A stretch of DNA of 64,000 nucleotides from an uncultured Verrucomicrobiae bacterium (GTDB lineage Bacteria; Verrucomicrobiota; Verrucomicrobiia; Chthoniobacterales; JAFAMB01): NCBI GenBank assembly GCA_963762565.1, contig CAVXLD010000011.1:160001-224000 (forward strand), written 5' to 3'. The stretch's first letter is position 1; each line of letters opens with the position of its first letter. The notes beneath the pieces were generated by a model that saw only the letters and a program-made list of their open reading frames with translations, was not told where the DNA came from and did no database searches. Made by a program: the position numbers and the translations under genes. Shown here piece after piece: positions 8,221 through 17,162 of the stretch.

Positions 8221-10500
8221 TTAAAATTCGTCGAAAGCGATCTGAGTAGGCGGAACACGAAGCTCAGCCAGCATCTTCTTAACTGCTTTGATCATCATCG
8301 GCGGGCCGCACAGATAATATTCGACTGAGGCGGGATCGGGATGATCGCGAAGATAGTTCTGTAGGACGACTTCATGAATGATGCCGGTTAACCCGGTCCA
8401 ATTATCCTCTGGAAGCGGATTCGATAGCGCCACGTGGAATTGGAAGTTCGGATGGGCGGCAGCGAGTTGCTGAAAGTAATCCTCGTAGAAAATTTCCTGT
8501 CGCGAACGTGCGCCATACCAGAAACTCACTTTGCGATGGGTGTTTTCGGTCTCAAACAAATGCGAAATGTGCGCCCGTAAAGGCGCCATGCCGGATCCTC
8601 GGCCGATGTAGATCATTTCTCGCAAAGTTGGTTTGATGTGGAAATCGCCGAACGGTCCTATCGCCGTAACGGTGTCTCCCGGTTTCAGATTGAAGACGTA
8701 GGAGGAGCCGACACCCGGCGCACAATCTTGGCCTGGCGGCGGGGTAGCGATCCGAACATTGAATCGCACAGTTCGTTCGATCTGCTGGTTGCTGGCTAAC
8801 GAATAGTTATTGCGCCGGCCTGTTTCCGGGTTCCTGGCGACCAGATCAAATACATGTTGGCGTTCCCACACGGCTGCGTACGGCTCTGGTATATCAAACT
8901 CACGGAAACGGATATTTTCGTAAGAGGGAATATCGAGCTGGATATAGTCACCGGGCGTAAAATCCACCGGCTCCGAACTGTCCGGTTCAAGCAGAAGCTC
9001 TTTTATAAAGGTGGCAACACTGCGGTTGCCGACCACGCGGAGATGCAGAGTCTTTTGGGCCCGAGCACCGGCGCCGCCGGGGCGAGCAATATTCAAAACG
9101 AGGCGGCCATCGCGTTCTTGAACCGGATAGGTGGCCACACCTCGACAGACCGGGGCTCGCGCGGGAGAACCGTCCTCTAGACGGAAGCGGCCGTTATGTT
9201 TCGGACATTCAATGATGTTCCCTTTTACCAGGCCGTCTGACAGGTGAGTGTTGCCGTGGGTGCAGATGCCATCCATGGCGTAGAGCTTGCCATGTTCGTC
9301 TCGGACAATGGCATATGTCTTCTGCCGGTTTTCGAATCGGATGACTTCTGCTGGGGCCAGGTCAGCAGCAGGACAAATGTCTAACCAACCATTCGGGTCA
9401 GGTCGCGCGTCCGATAGGTAAATGCCTTCGTTTAACCGAGTCTTCGGTTCAGGTAGCACCCGCTTTACATGGTAGGCCGCATCCTTGGCCTGACGAAGGA
9501 TCGCAGGAATGATCTCTCTGTAGGCAGCTAACAAGCTGGGGTAAGGCTTTGGCATGTCCTCTTTTACCACCTCGTGAAGCCGGGGAACCGCATGGTAAGG
9601 AACTAAAGGGAACATGTGATGTTCCACGTGATAGTTCATGTTCCAATAGAGGAAGCGGTTGAGAAAGTTCATGTAAACCGTCCGGCAGTTAAGCCGGTGA
9701 TCGAGAACGTTCTCCGCCAGCCCGGCATGTTGAGTCAGCCCGTAAATTACCAGAAGCCAGGAGCCGAAAAGATTGGTGGACCCGACTAACAACAGGGGAA
9801 GTATGCTTCTGGTGTAGATTGCGAGGCAAATGGTGGCTGCGTAGATCGTGACGTAAATCCGGGCGCGAGTGTAGATCTTCGGAAACTCGCTCTCAGGGAT
9901 AAACATCTTTTCGTCCGGGGCCATCTTACCGAGGCTGTGCAGGACGATCCGTCGAAAATAGACTGGATAGCCCCAGAGGTTAAAGAAGAGACCGATAAGG
10001 CGCGGGATGTCGGCTGGTCGAGGTACAGCGATTTCAGGATCCCGGCCCACGATGATCGTGTCGCTATGATGCCGGGTATGGCTCCAGCGCCAGACGATGG
10101 ACTCGCGCATCACCATGAAAGAGGCGATTTCGTAAAGCGCGTTGTTCATCCAGTCCGTCTTGAACGCGGTGCCGTGCCCGGACTCGTGCCATCGCGAATC
10201 GGAGGTAGAAGCGTAAAGAACAGCGTAGATCAGATAGGGAACAATCGCCCACCAAGATGGCCAGAGGCGATAGGTCAAATAGCCAAAACCGATAATCAAT
10301 CCAAACCAGATAATGCTATCTCGGATGGCGGGACCATCGCGCCGTTCTAAAAGCTTTCGCATTAACGGACGTGGAACCGGGGATTGATACCAGTCGGCCT
10401 CAGCTAGTCCGCGTTCGATAGCTTTGGTAGAGTTCTCACCGGTCAAGCTGTAGTCCAGTTTGGTAGGCGGCATCAGGACCGCAGTTGATTCATCGCTCAT
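8221..10500 (-). CDS. Fusion of a MocD-like membrane desaturase/oxygenase, a MocE-like Rieske 2Fe-2S domain and an NqrF-like FAD/NAD reductase
   Basis: His boxes HESGH, HTRHH, HVEHH; Rieske CTH...CPKHNGRF; FNR motifs NYSLA, NVRIATPPP, GPFGDF, YLCGPPMM, FDEF. Confidence 0.9.
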   Translation of the reverse strand: MSDESTAVLMPPTKLDYSLTGENSTKAIERGLAEADWYQSPVPRPLMRKLLERRDGPAIRDSIIWFGLIIGFGYLTYRLWPSWWAIVPYLIYAVLYASTSDSRWHESGHGTAFKTDWMNNALYEIASFMVMRESIVWRWSHTRHHSDTIIVGRDPEIAVPRPADIPRLIGLFFNLWGYPVYFRRIVLHSLGKMAPDEKMFIPESEFPKIYTRARIYVTIYAATICLAIYTRSILPLLLVGSTNLFGSWLLVIYGLTQHAGLAENVLDHRLNCRTVYMNFLNRFLYWNMNYHVEHHMFPLVPYHAVPRLHEVVKEDMPKPYPSLLAAYREIIPAILRQAKDAAYHVKRVLPEPKTRLNEGIYLSDARPDPNGWLDICPAADLAPAEVIRFENRQKTYAIVRDEHGKLYAMDGICTHGNTHLSDGLVKGNIIECPKHNGRFRLEDGSPARAPVCRGVATYPVQERDGRLVLNIARPGGAGARAQKTLHLRVVGNRSVATFIKELLLEPDSSEPVDFTPGDYIQLDIPSYENIRFREFDIPEPYAAVWERQHVFDLVARNPETGRRNNYSLASNQQIERTVRFNVRIATPPPGQDCAPGVGSSYVFNLKPGDTVTAIGPFGDFHIKPTLREMIYIGRGSGMAPLRAHISHLFETENTHRKVSFWYGARSRQEIFYEDYFQQLAAAHPNFQFHVALSNPLPEDNWTGLTGIIHEVVLQNYLRDHPDPASVEYYLCGPPMMIKAVKKMLAELRVPPTQIAFDEF

Positions 10501-10515
10501 AACAAACGGGGTTTG

Positions 10516-10706
10516 GAATAGCCGCAAGAGATCGCAAGGAACGCAAAAAAACGGATCAACAGAAGGTCACAAAGGACGCAAAGAGGGCCAACTCCCAAGA
10601 CAAGCCAATTTTAATGCTACCTTTGTGTCCTTTGTGATCTTCTGTGAGTCCGTTCTTTTCGGTTCCTTCATTTCTTTGCGGTCCTTGCGTTCTTTCGCGG
10701 CTATTC
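10516..10706. repeat. Two nested 9-nt periodic inverted repeats
   Basis: Outer gaatagccgcaagag.../...tttcgcggctattc; inner acagaaggtcacaaaggacgcaaag/ctttgtgtcctttgtgatcttctgt. Confidence 0.85.
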
Positions 10707-10717
10707 AGTTTTTAAAT

Positions 10718-11785
10718 CTAAATATTCTCGCTGGTATAAACGTTGAACGGGACGACCGAAGATTGTTTTCTGCCGGGTGGCGTTTTTTTGAGATCGACAA
10801 GCATGTTAAGAGTCGAACGGGCCAGCGCCGGGAGATCGTGTGCTAACACTAGATCGATGGTACCCGCATTAAGGCCGGCGCGGGTGACGGGTGTAAGCTC
10901 GTGGCACACATAGGCAAGTTTTCGTGAAGGTTTAGTTTCCTCGATTGCCCGGAGCACGCCGCTGGCCCCGCCGCCAACGTTATAAATGCCGCTCAATTCG
11001 TCGGTTGCCTGCAAAAGTTCGAGTGTCTTTTTGTAAGCAATCTCGGGATCATCCAAGCACACCGCCGGTTCGAGCACCTCGAATTCGAGACCTTTTTCCC
11101 GAAAATAACTGCGAAAGCCGATCTCACGTTCTTCCTGTCCGATATAGCCGTGGCTGCCAATTAAAACGCCGAGCTTGCCGGGCCGGCCGGCACAGCGGGC
11201 GATGGCCCAGGCAGCGGTCCGCCCGGCCATTCGATTATTGATCCCGGCGTAGCCTGCTAGCTTGGGTGATGAGAGGTCCGACAGGAGGGCCACGACCGGA
11301 ATTTGTTGTTCGGCAAGAAACTCGATCGCATCTGAAACCGGGTTGCTTTCAGTCGCCACCACCGCCACTGCGTCCACCTGTCCCTGCACCGAGCGCAGCG
11401 CTTCCGCCACCTTGGCCGGTTCTAAATAGTCATTCATATGGCGGATGCTCACCTGGGCGCCTTGCGTTGGGTCACGCTGAGCGGTCTGCTCCAGCTCTTC
11501 AGCGAGCTGTTGATAAAAGGAAGAGGCTCTTCGTTGGAGTAGAAAAACGCATCTTATTGCCTGGGATGCCTCGTCCATCCGGACCCTCATTGGCACGGTG
11601 AACTGGTAGCCGAGCGCTTGGGCAGCCGATTGCACCCGCAAAGCCGTGCCCCGGCGTACGGTGGTGCGCCCGTTGATTACGCGATCCACGGTGGCAACGC
11701 TTAATTGCGCTTTCTCGGCGATCTGCCGCACTGTCACCCGGCGCTTTACCAAGCTGGGAGGGGGGCCAGAAAGTTCATTAAACAT
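10718..11785 (-). CDS. LacI family transcriptional regulator
   Basis: TVRQIAEKAQLSVATVDRVINGR HTH plus periplasmic-binding-protein-like sensor domain. Confidence 0.92.
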   Translation of the reverse strand: MFNELSGPPPSLVKRRVTVRQIAEKAQLSVATVDRVINGRTTVRRGTALRVQSAAQALGYQFTVPMRVRMDEASQAIRCVFLLQRRASSFYQQLAEELEQTAQRDPTQGAQVSIRHMNDYLEPAKVAEALRSVQGQVDAVAVVATESNPVSDAIEFLAEQQIPVVALLSDLSSPKLAGYAGINNRMAGRTAAWAIARCAGRPGKLGVLIGSHGYIGQEEREIGFRSYFREKGLEFEVLEPAVCLDDPEIAYKKTLELLQATDELSGIYNVGGGASGVLRAIEETKPSRKLAYVCHELTPVTRAGLNAGTIDLVLAHDLPALARSTLNMLVDLKKTPPGRKQSSVVPFNVYTSENI

Positions 11786-11818
11786 ACGATCCCAAGTACA
11801 GATATACGCAGATATAAC

Positions 11819-11867
11819 TGATGTCAAACAATCAAAAGTGTTATGGTATTGATAGAATGCTATCAAT
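11819..11867. promoter_or_regulatory. Two TGAT-N8-ATCA palindromes, candidate operators of the adjacent LacI
   Basis: tgatgtcaaacaatca (11819-11834) and ATTGATAG-aatg-CTATCAAT (11848-11867). Confidence 0.55.
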
Positions 11868-11898
11868 GCGACGAGGGATATCTATTTTGGGGATCTTA

Positions 11899-11982
11899 TC
11901 CCGAAGGGATGAACGGACTCAGCCAGGGGTTTCAACCCCGGGGAACTGTCCACCCGACGGGCCGCCCCGTAGGCGCGGCGGA
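11899..11982. repeat. REP-like palindromic intergenic element
   Basis: tcccgaaggga, ccaggggtttcaaccccggg and ccgccccgtaggcgcggcgg short hairpins. Confidence 0.5.
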
Positions 11983-12076
11983 AGATCGACACCTCGTTTG
12001 GGCAACATAGGCAAAGCCGACGGCGGGCTAGTGGCTCAAATGCTTCAAAAACTGAGGTAATTAGATCAAATTCTGG

Positions 12077-12451
12077 CTACTTCACCTTCCTGGCTAATCT
12101 CCTTTTGCCTGCGGTCTCCGCGCTCTCGATCTGAACTTTGTGGGCGTTGAGGATGGCAGAAAGCAATCCAGGGAACCGCCTTTCGATCTCCGAACAGCGA
12201 GAAGCGTTGTGCATCTCAACGCCGTGCCGTTCGGTTCGAATTAGGCCCGCATCCCGGAGAGCCTTGAAGTGATGGGACAACGTTGATTTGGGGATTTGCT
12301 TGTTCGTGACGTTTAAAAAAGTGGAGCAATTTTGGACGCAGTCGGAGCTATTGAGATCAGCAAAGATGGCGACCCTGACCGGGTCGGAGAGGGCATGCAG
12401 GATGCCTTCAACGGTCACGTTTTCGATGGGGGGATGAAACAGGGGTCTCAT
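12077..12451 (-). CDS. ArsR/SmtB family HTH regulator
   Basis: ALSDPVR...PKSTLSHHFKALRDAGLI. Confidence 0.9.
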   Translation of the reverse strand: MRPLFHPPIENVTVEGILHALSDPVRVAIFADLNSSDCVQNCSTFLNVTNKQIPKSTLSHHFKALRDAGLIRTERHGVEMHNASRCSEIERRFPGLLSAILNAHKVQIESAETAGKRRLARKVK

Positions 12452-12487
12452 ACCCAGCGAATATAGAACGATTTGACAACTTGTTCA

Positions 12488-12531
12488 ATAGTTCCTAACT
12501 TTGGAACTATAGTTCCATTATTCGGAACAAT
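12488..12531. promoter_or_regulatory. Tandem GTTCC-N7-GGAAC palindromes, candidate ArsR operator
   Basis: atagttcc-taacttt-ggaactat overlapping atagttcc-attattc-ggaacaat between the divergent ArsR and SDR genes. Confidence 0.6.
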
Positions 12532-12576
12532 GGAATAGAAAGCAGTGCAAAGCAAACTCTCTCAATCAAAAGCCTA

Positions 12577-13314
12577 ATGAGTAAATTAAAAGGTAAAGTC
12601 GCAGTCGTTACCGGCGCTTCCAAAGGCATCGGCGCTGGCATCGCTAAAGCCTTAGCCGCAGACGGCGCCTCCGTTGTTGTCAACTATGCTTCTAGCAAAG
12701 CCGGTGCCGATGATGTGGTCGCCGCCATCAAAAAGAACGGCGGTACCGCTGTCGCAGTACAAGGTGACGTATCGAAGGCCGCCGACGCGGAAGCCATCAT
12801 CGACGCCGCCATCAAAAACTACGGTCGCCTCGATATTCTGGTTAACAACTCTGGTGTTTACGAATTCCAACCGATCGAAGCGGTTACCGAGGAACACTTC
12901 CATCGGATTTTCAACATCAACGTGTTGGGAGCGCTTCTCACGACTCAAGCTGCCGTAAAGCACCTGGACGAGGGGGGGAGCATCATCAATATCGGTTCCG
13001 CTGCCAGCCGAGTGACCCCACCAACCTCGGCAGTCTACACAGGAACAAAAGGCGCTGTCGATGCCATCACCGGAGTGCTAGCCCGCGAGCTCGGTCCTAA
13101 GAAAATCCGGGTCAATCCTGGAATGGTTGAGACTGAGGGCACTCACACCGGAGGCTTTATTGGCTCCGACTTAGAGAAAGCGTTGGTTGCGCAGACGCCT
13201 TTAGGCAGGATCGGACAAGCGTGGGACATTGCACCAATCGCCGTCTTTTTGGCGTCCGACGATTCTCACTGGCTGACCGGCGAGCTAATACTCGCTACCG
13301 GCGGCATGCGCTAA
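12577..13314 (+). CDS. SDR oxidoreductase (glucose 1-dehydrogenase-like)
   Basis: VTGASKGIG, NNSG, YTGTK. Confidence 0.92.
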   Translation: MSKLKGKVAVVTGASKGIGAGIAKALAADGASVVVNYASSKAGADDVVAAIKKNGGTAVAVQGDVSKAADAEAIIDAAIKNYGRLDILVNNSGVYEFQPIEAVTEEHFHRIFNINVLGALLTTQAAVKHLDEGGSIINIGSAASRVTPPTSAVYTGTKGAVDAITGVLARELGPKKIRVNPGMVETEGTHTGGFIGSDLEKALVAQTPLGRIGQAWDIAPIAVFLASDDSHWLTGELILATGGMR

Positions 13315-13394
13315 ATCCGAGAACAACGCAGTTCACAAGTTCAACTGTCCACTAACTCACAAATACGCAATCAATCATCAATCGACTCGTTCTG

Positions 13395-14132
13395 ATGCAA
13401 AATAAAACTATCCTTATCACTGGCGGAACCACGGGGATCGGCCTTGCTACCGCCCAACTCCTTAGCGCCGATGGCGCAAGAGTTATCGTCACTGGGCGGA
13501 ATCCTGAGACTCTCGCCGCCGCTAAAAAAACTCTCACTGACGTGGTTGTCCTTCCCTCGGACTCCGGTGACTTGGCTGCCGCGCTGGCGTTAGGCGGCGA
13601 GGTAAAAAAATACGTGGATCATCTTGACGGGGTTTTCCTGAATGCAGGGATCGCGGCGTTCGCACCGTTCGAAGCGGCAACGCCGAAAAACTACGACGAC
13701 CTGTTCAATGTGAATGTGCGAGGTCTTTACTTCCAGCTGCAATCATTGCTGCCTGTGCTTGGTAATCCTAGTTCCGTCGTGTTTACATCCTCCATCGCCG
13801 GTTCTATTGCGTTCGCCGGCACTTCGATCTATTCGGCGACCAAGGCCGCCGTGATCTCCATGGGCAAGAACCTAGCGGTCGAGTTAGCTCCCCGCGGTGT
13901 ACGAGTGAACGTGTTAAGCCCCGGACCGATTGACACGCCCATCCTAAATAAAATAGGTCTCCCGACCGATCAGCAGAAAGGGTTCGAGGAAACGATTGTC
14001 GCCAAGTCGCTATTGAAGCGGATCGGCACGTCTGACGAAGTGGCGCGGGCCGCTCGATTCCTTCTCTCGGAGGATTCCAGCAATATTACCGGTACTGAGC
14101 TCATCATCGACGGTGGTGTCCGGCTGAACTAG
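13395..14132 (+). CDS. SDR oxidoreductase
   Basis: ITGGTTGIG, NAG, YSATK, VNVLSPGPIDT. Confidence 0.92.
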   Translation: MQNKTILITGGTTGIGLATAQLLSADGARVIVTGRNPETLAAAKKTLTDVVVLPSDSGDLAAALALGGEVKKYVDHLDGVFLNAGIAAFAPFEAATPKNYDDLFNVNVRGLYFQLQSLLPVLGNPSSVVFTSSIAGSIAFAGTSIYSATKAAVISMGKNLAVELAPRGVRVNVLSPGPIDTPILNKIGLPTDQQKGFEETIVAKSLLKRIGTSDEVARAARFLLSEDSSNITGTELIIDGGVRLN

Positions 14133-14147
14133 GTTGGCGGACTTTCT

Positions 14148-14465
14148 CTAGTGTCCTGTCCCATAAATAACGTGGCTTTCGCCCGGCAGGTTCCCATGCG
14201 CGTTAACATAAGGGCGCAGGTGTTAGCCGGCCCCTGACGGGAGGGCGCGCGTCCTCGCGCGCTGCGAAGACGTGCCAAGCTTACGGACGTATTCCGATCA
14301 CTCGATCGACAAACACGCTCGGCTTCAGGAACGACGGATCGCGGGGACGCGATCCCTCCCAGCGCCGGGTCCGGCACGTGCCAGGCACGTGCCTGGCGGC
14401 CGCCTTGCCGGCGGCCCATTTTGATCGCAACGAAAGCCACGTTATTTATGGGACCTGGACACTAG
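14148..14465. mobile_element. MITE with about 34-bp terminal inverted repeats (IS630-like ends, CTAG at both borders) containing a REP pair
   Basis: ctagtgtcctgtcccataaataacgtggctttcg ... cgaaagccacgttatttatgggacctggacactag; no transposase inside. Confidence 0.75.
14239..14360. repeat. GGAG-type REP pair (REPIN-like), copy 1
   Basis: gggagggcgcgcgtcctcgcgcgc ... ggatcgcggggacgcgatccctccc. Confidence 0.8.
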
Positions 14466-14572
14466 TTTCCTTCTGAATAGTCATAGGCGGATCGATCAAA
14501 CCGGGACTGTCCAGTGGTCTCGGTTTGATTCGGCATGAATCTGGAGCCGATGGCGGGCCGCGGTAGACGCGG

Positions 14573-14806
14573 TCAAGTTTTCGCGGGCGGAGCTTTTGCA
14601 CTTTTAAAGCGAATTCCAACCACTGGGCAGTCGGCTTTGCGGACTAGTTCGTCCATTATCTCTTTGGTAGTCCAACTGTAACTGCCAAGATCCAGTGCCA
14701 GTGGAATCACGATCAAGTCACTTTGTAGCCTCTGACTGGCGCACCGGATCTCGACCGGAAGAGAGCCGAATGTAAATTCGGAGCGACAGTATCGCCGGTT
14801 CTGCAT
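14573..14806 (-). pseudogene. Possible universal-stress-protein C-terminal fragment
   Basis: DLIVI...ELVRKADCPVVGIR resembles USP C-termini; in-frame stop just upstream of the ATG. Confidence 0.35.
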
Positions 14807-15031
14807 GCGCTTCTAGAAATGCTGCGGGAACAGGCGCAAGCTGTCGCCAAACTCCCAGAGAAAAGTTACAGCCGCTAGTGCATCTTTCGAATCTGGAATC
14901 TCGGGAACTTTTCACGCGCATAACGCTGGAATTCTTGCTCTAAGAATTACCTTCGCGAAAGCGTGCGAGCAATAACGGCTTATCTGCGCGCGGCTCGATA
15001 TTGACCACAAAGCGGTAACAGAGGCCCCGGC

Positions 15032-15397
15032 TCAGTTTGTAAACGAGAGTCCCAGCTGCTTGGCCATCCGTAGTAGCGGACGGTCCCGAGTCCAAAGTTC
15101 GACGCCTGACAGAAGAGCCGAACCCAGGAGAAGTACATCGGTCCAGCCGAGCCCTTTTCCCCACCGTGTGTGGTCCTCGACCAATCGGAGACCTTCTGCT
15201 GGAGAAACTTCAGCGGCGCGAGGTAATGCCGACCAAAGAGAGAGTAGGGTTTTACGATTCGGTAGACTTCCGCAGGCAAGCTCGCCTAAGACGGCTGGAT
15301 GCATGACGACTTCCGATGACTGCAATAGCGTGACTAACCTAGAGTCTGCCTGGTGCAGATGATCGATCCAGACGGATGCATCGACTAGAACGTTCAT
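15032..15397 (-). CDS. vapC: VapC PIN-domain toxin
   Basis: LVDASVWIDH, VLGELACG, GLGWTDVLL, LWTRD. Confidence 0.9.
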   Translation of the reverse strand: MNVLVDASVWIDHLHQADSRLVTLLQSSEVVMHPAVLGELACGSLPNRKTLLSLWSALPRAAEVSPAEGLRLVEDHTRWGKGLGWTDVLLLGSALLSGVELWTRDRPLLRMAKQLGLSFTN

Positions 15398-15594
15398 CGG
15401 CTCTGGCGGCTGCGTCGTCTTCGACCCGCTTTCGCGGTTGGTGCGGCCCCGCCCAGCCTGGCTAACCGAAGGGCAGCCTCCCGTTGGATTAGTGCTTCGA
15501 GGCCCATTTGGACAAGGCGCGTTTTTTCGCTGACGCCGGTGTACTCCCCAGCTTTTGCCACAAGATCATCGTCCAGAATGAGAGTCGTTCTCAT
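15394..15594 (-). CDS. vapB: VapB antitoxin (ribbon-helix-helix, DUF2191-like)
   Basis: MRTTLILDDDLVAKA...EKTRLV..GLEALI; 4-nt overlap with vapC. Confidence 0.88.
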   Translation of the reverse strand: MRTTLILDDDLVAKAGEYTGVSEKTRLVQMGLEALIQREAALRLARLGGAAPTAKAGRRRRSRQSR

Positions 15595-15611
15595 GCATAT
15601 CAATATGCATG
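15592..15611. promoter_or_regulatory. Palindromic operator of vapBC
   Basis: CATGCATAT-ca-ATATGCATG overlapping the vapB start codon. Confidence 0.65.
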
Positions 15612-15703
15612 TCGAGTCTCTAAAAGTCCAATGCTCGGCATTCGCTGCCAATAACCGTTTCCGGGCTGGCGAGCGTAAACTTTCGATGGCAGTAGTAGCT
15701 TGA

Positions 15704-16318
15704 ATGTCACGACAGAGACGCAAGCCGCACCAAGGAAGAGGGCAAGTATCAATCGGTTATCTTTGTGCACTCTGTGTCTTGGTGATGAACTTAAATACAG
15801 CGATTGCCGCAGAACAATACACACTGGACGCGGCTCACTCGCAGTTAACATTTCGCGTCCGGCAATACGTATCAGTGGTAACCGGCAAATTCAGGGACTT
15901 CTCGGGAACCGTCGCTTTTGATTCCACCCAACCTGAACGGTCCAGAGTGGAAGCGACGATTTCGGTGAAGAGCATCGATACCGGGATTGAAGCTCGGGAT
16001 CATCATTTGCTGTCAGCCGATTTCTTTGACGCACAAAAATATCCCACGATCACTTTCAAAAGCACCTCCGTGCAATGGACTGGTGGACGAGTCGCCGATG
16101 TGCGTGGCGACTTAACAATGCACGGTCAGACGAGGCCGGTCACCATTCACGTTGAACTCCTCTCTCCGGCTAAGGGTGGCGATACTCTGTCTTGGGGAGT
16201 CACCGCTCACTTGAACCGGAGCGAATTCGGGCTGAAATGGAACCCGGTGATTGAAGCTACTAGCGGGATCAGCGATGAGATTGAGATCCGGATGACAATG
16301 GCCACGCCGGCCCGCTGA
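15704..16318 (+). CDS. YceI family lipid/polyisoprenoid-binding protein (start uncertain)
   Basis: YTLDAAHS, SIDTGIEARDHHL, FFDAQKYPTITF, LNRSEFGL. Confidence 0.9.
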   Translation: MSRQRRKPHQGRGQVSIGYLCALCVLVMNLNTAIAAEQYTLDAAHSQLTFRVRQYVSVVTGKFRDFSGTVAFDSTQPERSRVEATISVKSIDTGIEARDHHLLSADFFDAQKYPTITFKSTSVQWTGGRVADVRGDLTMHGQTRPVTIHVELLSPAKGGDTLSWGVTAHLNRSEFGLKWNPVIEATSGISDEIEIRMTMATPAR

Positions 16319-16335
16319 CTACGGCCGGACGTTTT

Positions 16336-16443
16336 ACAGAAGATCACAAAGGACACAAAGACGGATTGGTCGAGAAAAGTCTTATTGGCTCGACCGAATG
16401 TCTATTTTAGAAATCTGTCTTTGTGACCTTTGCGATCTTCTGT
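16336..16443. repeat. 9-nt periodic inverted repeat; right arm encodes the MarR C-terminus
   Basis: acagaagatcacaaaggacacaaagac pairs with gtctttgtgacctttgcgatcttctgt. Confidence 0.8.
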
Positions 16444-16907
16444 GAGATCGTTTTATGGGGGCCGGTAACGGCTAGGGTCTCTGCTCGCTTACCAACCTTT
16501 TTCAAACTGTTTTCGAGTTGTTGAAGTTCGTCTGCGGAAAGTTCGGCAAAGACTTTGGCAATATCGAGAACGTGCTTCTGAAAAACGGGTACGATGAGTT
16601 TCCGTCCGGCAGGAGTTAATGCCACGATTCGGACGCGGCGATCGTCAGAACTTTCCACCCGGCTAACCAAGCGCTTGTTGTAGAGACGATCGACCGCGAC
16701 GCTGATTGAACCGGGGTTGAGATTAACTTTTGGTCCGATGGTATTTACGGGCAAGGGTCCCTTGTGCAGGAGCACCTCCAGAACCCGAAAGTCCGAGTCT
16801 CCCAAACCAGTGTGCTCGATACTGGCGGCAGAATATTTCGCGATTGCGTGGAAAGCCTTCATCAGCACCAGCCAAACATGTGTGGTGTCCAGTGATCTCT
16901 TTTTCAT
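16407..16907 (-). CDS. MarR family regulator
   Basis: SDFRVLEVLLHKGPL...SISVAVDRL...DDRRVRIVALT. Confidence 0.9.
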   Translation of the reverse strand: MKKRSLDTTHVWLVLMKAFHAIAKYSAASIEHTGLGDSDFRVLEVLLHKGPLPVNTIGPKVNLNPGSISVAVDRLYNKRLVSRVESSDDRRVRIVALTPAGRKLIVPVFQKHVLDIAKVFAELSADELQQLENSLKKVGKRAETLAVTGPHKTISQKIAKVTKTDF

Positions 16908-17026
16908 CAGCAGACGCAGATCCACTGGCACTATAGCAGCAATATCTCGGTAGCGATAGTGTTGACAACGATGAAAAATCAGAACGCGGACATCTACGAC
17001 GGTCTCCCGAAACGAAAGACAAAGAA

Positions 17027-17138
17027 CCTCGCGCAGAGAGCGCAAACAACGCGGAGGTAAAAAAGAAAGGCAATTGATCAAAAACAGGTATTCTCGGCTC
17101 TGATTTAGCTCTGCGTCCGCGGCGACCTTTGCGCGAGG
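17027..17138. repeat. CCTCGCGCA(G/A)AG inverted repeat (9-nt periodic family)
   Basis: cctcgcgcagagagcgcaaac ... ctttgcgcgagg. Confidence 0.7.
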
Positions 17139-17162
17139 CCTTTCCTAGCTGTTCCTAAGGCG

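Noticed and set aside
8221..9050. nqrF of a respiratory Na+-NQR complex
   Set aside because: It is a fused domain lacking the NqrF N-terminal anchor and ferredoxin, and no other nqr genes are present.
8221..10500. Desaturase fusion as a tailoring enzyme of the MNIO cluster
   Set aside because: Same strand, but separated by 210 bp with a repeat and a hairpin; its MocD-like character and the LacI neighbour point to sugar or cyclitol catabolism. Not excluded without synteny data.
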